From positions 1 to 41,616 of IMG/VR virus record IMGVR_UViG_3300042347_000083: 41,616 nucleotides of DNA; one strand, 5' to 3'. This stretch comes from a virus. Taxonomy: Duplodnaviria > Caudoviricetes. The position numbers and the translations under genes are program-made. How positions within the stretch are numbered: the first letter of the stretch is position 1; the number at the start of each line of letters is the position of its first letter. This document shows, piece after piece, positions 39,439-41,616 of this stretch. The notes below the pieces were generated by a model. That model was not told the DNA's origin and did no database searches. It saw only the letters and a program-made list of their open reading frames with translations.

Positions 39439-39515
39439 GCAGTCGGGTCTCTGATTGCTATTCGTGTTATTCATAAGGTTGACGCACCTCGGAGAAATCT
39501 GGGGTGCGTTTTCTT
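39439..39515 (+). ncRNA. Candidate small RNA, about 75 nt
   Basis: TTGACT(39404)-16-TAATGT promoter, 5' hairpin, single-stranded linker, terminator. Confidence 0.45.
39481..39515 (+). terminator. Intrinsic terminator
   Basis: GACGCACCTCGGA-GAAA-TCTGGGGTGCGTT followed by TTCTT. Confidence 0.75.
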
Positions 39516-39516
39516 A

Positions 39517-39532
39517 TTATCGGAAACGATAA
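39517..39532. repeat. 16-bp palindrome, copy 15
   Basis: TTATCGGAAACGATAA, between terminator and promoter. Confidence 0.9.
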
Positions 39533-39561
39533 AATATTTTTAGAAATATTACAAAAACCTA

Positions 39562-39589
39562 TTGACGATTATCGGTAGAATGATAGGCT
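39562..39589 (+). promoter_or_regulatory. Sigma70-type promoter
   Basis: TTGACG-16-TAGGCT with extended TG, 7 nt before GTG 39597. Confidence 0.5.
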
Positions 39590-39596
39590 TTGCGGA

Positions 39597-39845
39597 GTGG
39601 ACAACAACAACCCTGTCCATATAAAACCAATGAAAGAAACACCAAAAGTAAAAGTAGAAGCAGTAGAAAAAACAGTAGTTCAGAACATCGATCTTCAGCG
39701 CGAGATTTTTCTCCGCTTGGTCTCATCGGCGGCAGCAGACGGACGATTCCTTCTAGGCAATCTTCCCAACGCACAAGCAGTGGTCAAGCAAGGCGACCAT
39801 CTTCGCGGAGTATCTGAACTGCTTGCTAACTGCTTCGAGAAATGA
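39597..39845 (+). CDS. Hypothetical protein
   Basis: ORF track; ATGA overlap with the next gene. Confidence 0.6.
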   Translation: MDNNNPVHIKPMKETPKVKVEAVEKTVVQNIDLQREIFLRLVSSAAADGRFLLGNLPNAQAVVKQGDHLRGVSELLANCFEK

Positions 39846-40714
39846 CCATCACAAATAACTTCAATCTGCCAGCTCCCATGTATCGGGCGTTGGCACACGA
39901 TGGGTATACACCCGGCACGAAGAAGGCAGACATCTCGGTGACTACCTTAATCGGGCCACCGAAGATCAGCCAACTCAAGAAACGCTACTCCGACGAGATC
40001 GTAGAAGACGCATCCGACAGGGTGTGGGCATTGCTCGGTCAGTCTGTGCATAAGGTTCTTGAGCTAGCTGGAGGAGAGGAAGAGCTTACTGAAAAGCGTC
40101 TCTACTTGGATATCAATGACTGGACGCTGACAGGACAGACTGACCTCTACGAGACTGGCAACAAGACTATCTCTGACTTCAAGGTAACATCGGTCTTCTC
40201 CTTCCTGCTCGGCGGCAAGTCTGAATGGGAAGCACAGATCAACCTCAACGCCATGCTCTGGAGAAGCTATGGATATGAAGTAAAGAAAGGTCAGATCGTC
40301 GCCATCCTCCGTGACTGGCAGGCAAGCAAGGCAGAGTTTGACAAAGAGTATCCTCAATGTGCAGTCCACATTGTTGACATTCCTCTTTGGGATAACGAAG
40401 AGTGCATCGCCTACGCTACGGAACGGATCAAACTCCACCAAGCGGCGGCTGAAATGCCAGACGATACGATCCCGTGCTGTGATCCAAAGGAACGCTGGGC
40501 TAAACCAGATACCTTTGCCATCAAGAAGGACGGGAACAAACGAGCAGCCAAAGTGTGCGAGACCTTGGAGGAAGCAGAGAACCTGCTACCTACCTACGGG
40601 CCGAAGCACAGCATAGAGAAACGAAGCGGTGGGGATATGCGATGCGAGCGTTATTGCTCCGTAGCCCCCTTCTGCCACTACTACAAATCAACATACAACA
40701 AACCAAATGAGTAA
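39842..40714 (+). CDS. PD-(D/E)XK exonuclease (Cas4/RecB-like)
   Basis: GQSVH, LTGQTDLY, ISDFKVT, QINLNA and C-terminal Cys cluster RCERYCSVAPFC. Confidence 0.75.
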   Translation: MTITNNFNLPAPMYRALAHDGYTPGTKKADISVTTLIGPPKISQLKKRYSDEIVEDASDRVWALLGQSVHKVLELAGGEEELTEKRLYLDINDWTLTGQTDLYETGNKTISDFKVTSVFSFLLGGKSEWEAQINLNAMLWRSYGYEVKKGQIVAILRDWQASKAEFDKEYPQCAVHIVDIPLWDNEECIAYATERIKLHQAAAEMPDDTIPCCDPKERWAKPDTFAIKKDGNKRAAKVCETLEEAENLLPTYGPKHSIEKRSGGDMRCERYCSVAPFCHYYKSTYNKPNE

Positions 40715-41510
40715 CCAACTAGACGGAATCGAACAGAAAGACATCATCAAACGAGTGACTGGCAAGGTCACTAAATTGTGGGAAGCCAAGACATTTACTG
40801 GCCCGAAGGGTGAGTTTGTCATCCAAGGCGGAGAGATTGAGATCGACGGGCAGACCTACGGCCTCAAGTTCTTCAACAACACACAGGAACAATCTATCAA
40901 GGGCAATGTAGTCACGCTCTCGTCAGTCCGTGGAAAGCATGGTCTGACCGGAGTGTCCTTGGAGCATGAGTCCTACGAAGGTAAGAACGGGAAGGTAGAT
41001 CGTGACATCATCAAGGTCACTGCTACTGGAAAGATTGAGTTCGACCAGCCCAGCGAAGAGCCTGCCCGTGTAGCAAAATCCGCTACACCTATCGTAACCG
41101 ATAATCCGGAGAGGGCGATTGATGAGATCGTAGACTTGCACCGCTTCATCAATAGCTTGGTGCGCCACACCTACAAAGATGTGGAGGACGAAGAGACCCT
41201 TCGCTCCTATGTATCGTCGGTCTTCATCGAAGCAAACCGCAAGGGAATCCGATACGCCAAGTCTTCTCCCAAGGTAGAGGAACCCAAAGAGGAACCGAAG
41301 GAAGAACTCGATCCAGCGGACTGGGCATCAGCCATTGTCCCATCTGGATCACAGAAGGGCAAGAAGCTCGCCGAGATTGGCAAGCCTGCACTCACTAAAC
41401 TCTATGAGTATTACTTGGAGAAGGGGTTCACTACTCCATTCGCCAAGTGCGTAGAGCAAGCCGCCGAAGACCTTCAACTCGATAGCCCAGCAGACGATAT
41501 TCCATACTGA
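40707..41510 (+). CDS. Single-stranded DNA-binding protein-like (OB fold)
   Basis: VTGKVTKLWEAKTFTG...GEIE...LKFF OB-like N-terminus and acidic DDIPY tail. Confidence 0.6.
   Translation: MSNQLDGIEQKDIIKRVTGKVTKLWEAKTFTGPKGEFVIQGGEIEIDGQTYGLKFFNNTQEQSIKGNVVTLSSVRGKHGLTGVSLEHESYEGKNGKVDRDIIKVTATGKIEFDQPSEEPARVAKSATPIVTDNPERAIDEIVDLHRFINSLVRHTYKDVEDEETLRSYVSSVFIEANRKGIRYAKSSPKVEEPKEEPKEELDPADWASAIVPSGSQKGKKLAEIGKPALTKLYEYYLEKGFTTPFAKCVEQAAEDLQLDSPADDIPY
41089..41104. repeat. 16-bp palindrome, copy 16
   Basis: CTATCGTAACCGATAA, inside the SSB-like gene. Confidence 0.85.
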
Positions 41511-41554
41511 TCCTGTTCCTCCCAGAACAATCAACCTAATAACATACAACCAAA

Positions 41555-41616
41555 ATGAAAAAGAAAGAACTAGAATTGTTTAGTCCAACTCAAGAGGGAA
41601 TACTTGTCCCTCTGTC
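41555..41616 (+). CDS. Partial hypothetical protein
   Basis: MKKKELELFSPTQEGILVPL, open to the window edge. Confidence 0.45.
   Translation, partial: MKKKELELFSPTQEGILVPL

Noticed and set aside
39842-40714. Cas4 as part of a CRISPR system
   Set aside because: No other cas genes or array; stand-alone Cas4-like exonucleases next to SSB are ordinary phage recombination genes.

Overview
A 41.6-kb stretch of a tailed dsDNA phage genome with podovirus-like architecture. No integrase, DNA polymerase, rRNA, tRNA or CRISPR array is visible. Left arm (minus strand): methyltransferase, glycosyltransferase, NrdR-type Zn-ribbon protein, small basic proteins, Holliday-junction resolvase, DnaB helicase and a lambda-O-like initiator with iterons. 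Next come a divergent switch with an XRE regulator and HNH, and a reverse-oriented terminase large subunit. A long plus-strand virion operon follows: portal, scaffold, capsid, collagen-like fibres, an embedded lysis cassette, beta-helix tailspike, nozzle/adaptor and three ejection proteins including a 2580-aa polyvalent protein. The window ends with a PD-(D/E)XK nuclease and an SSB-like gene. The standout signal is a 16-bp palindrome, TTATCG-KWWM-CGATAA, found 16 times by eye, 1.2-5 kb apart, both at gene junctions and inside unrelated CDSs in different reading frames. Also notable: several structured non-coding RNA candidates and a pattern of leaderless, SD-less expression. All product calls come from motif recognition and synteny, not database searches.
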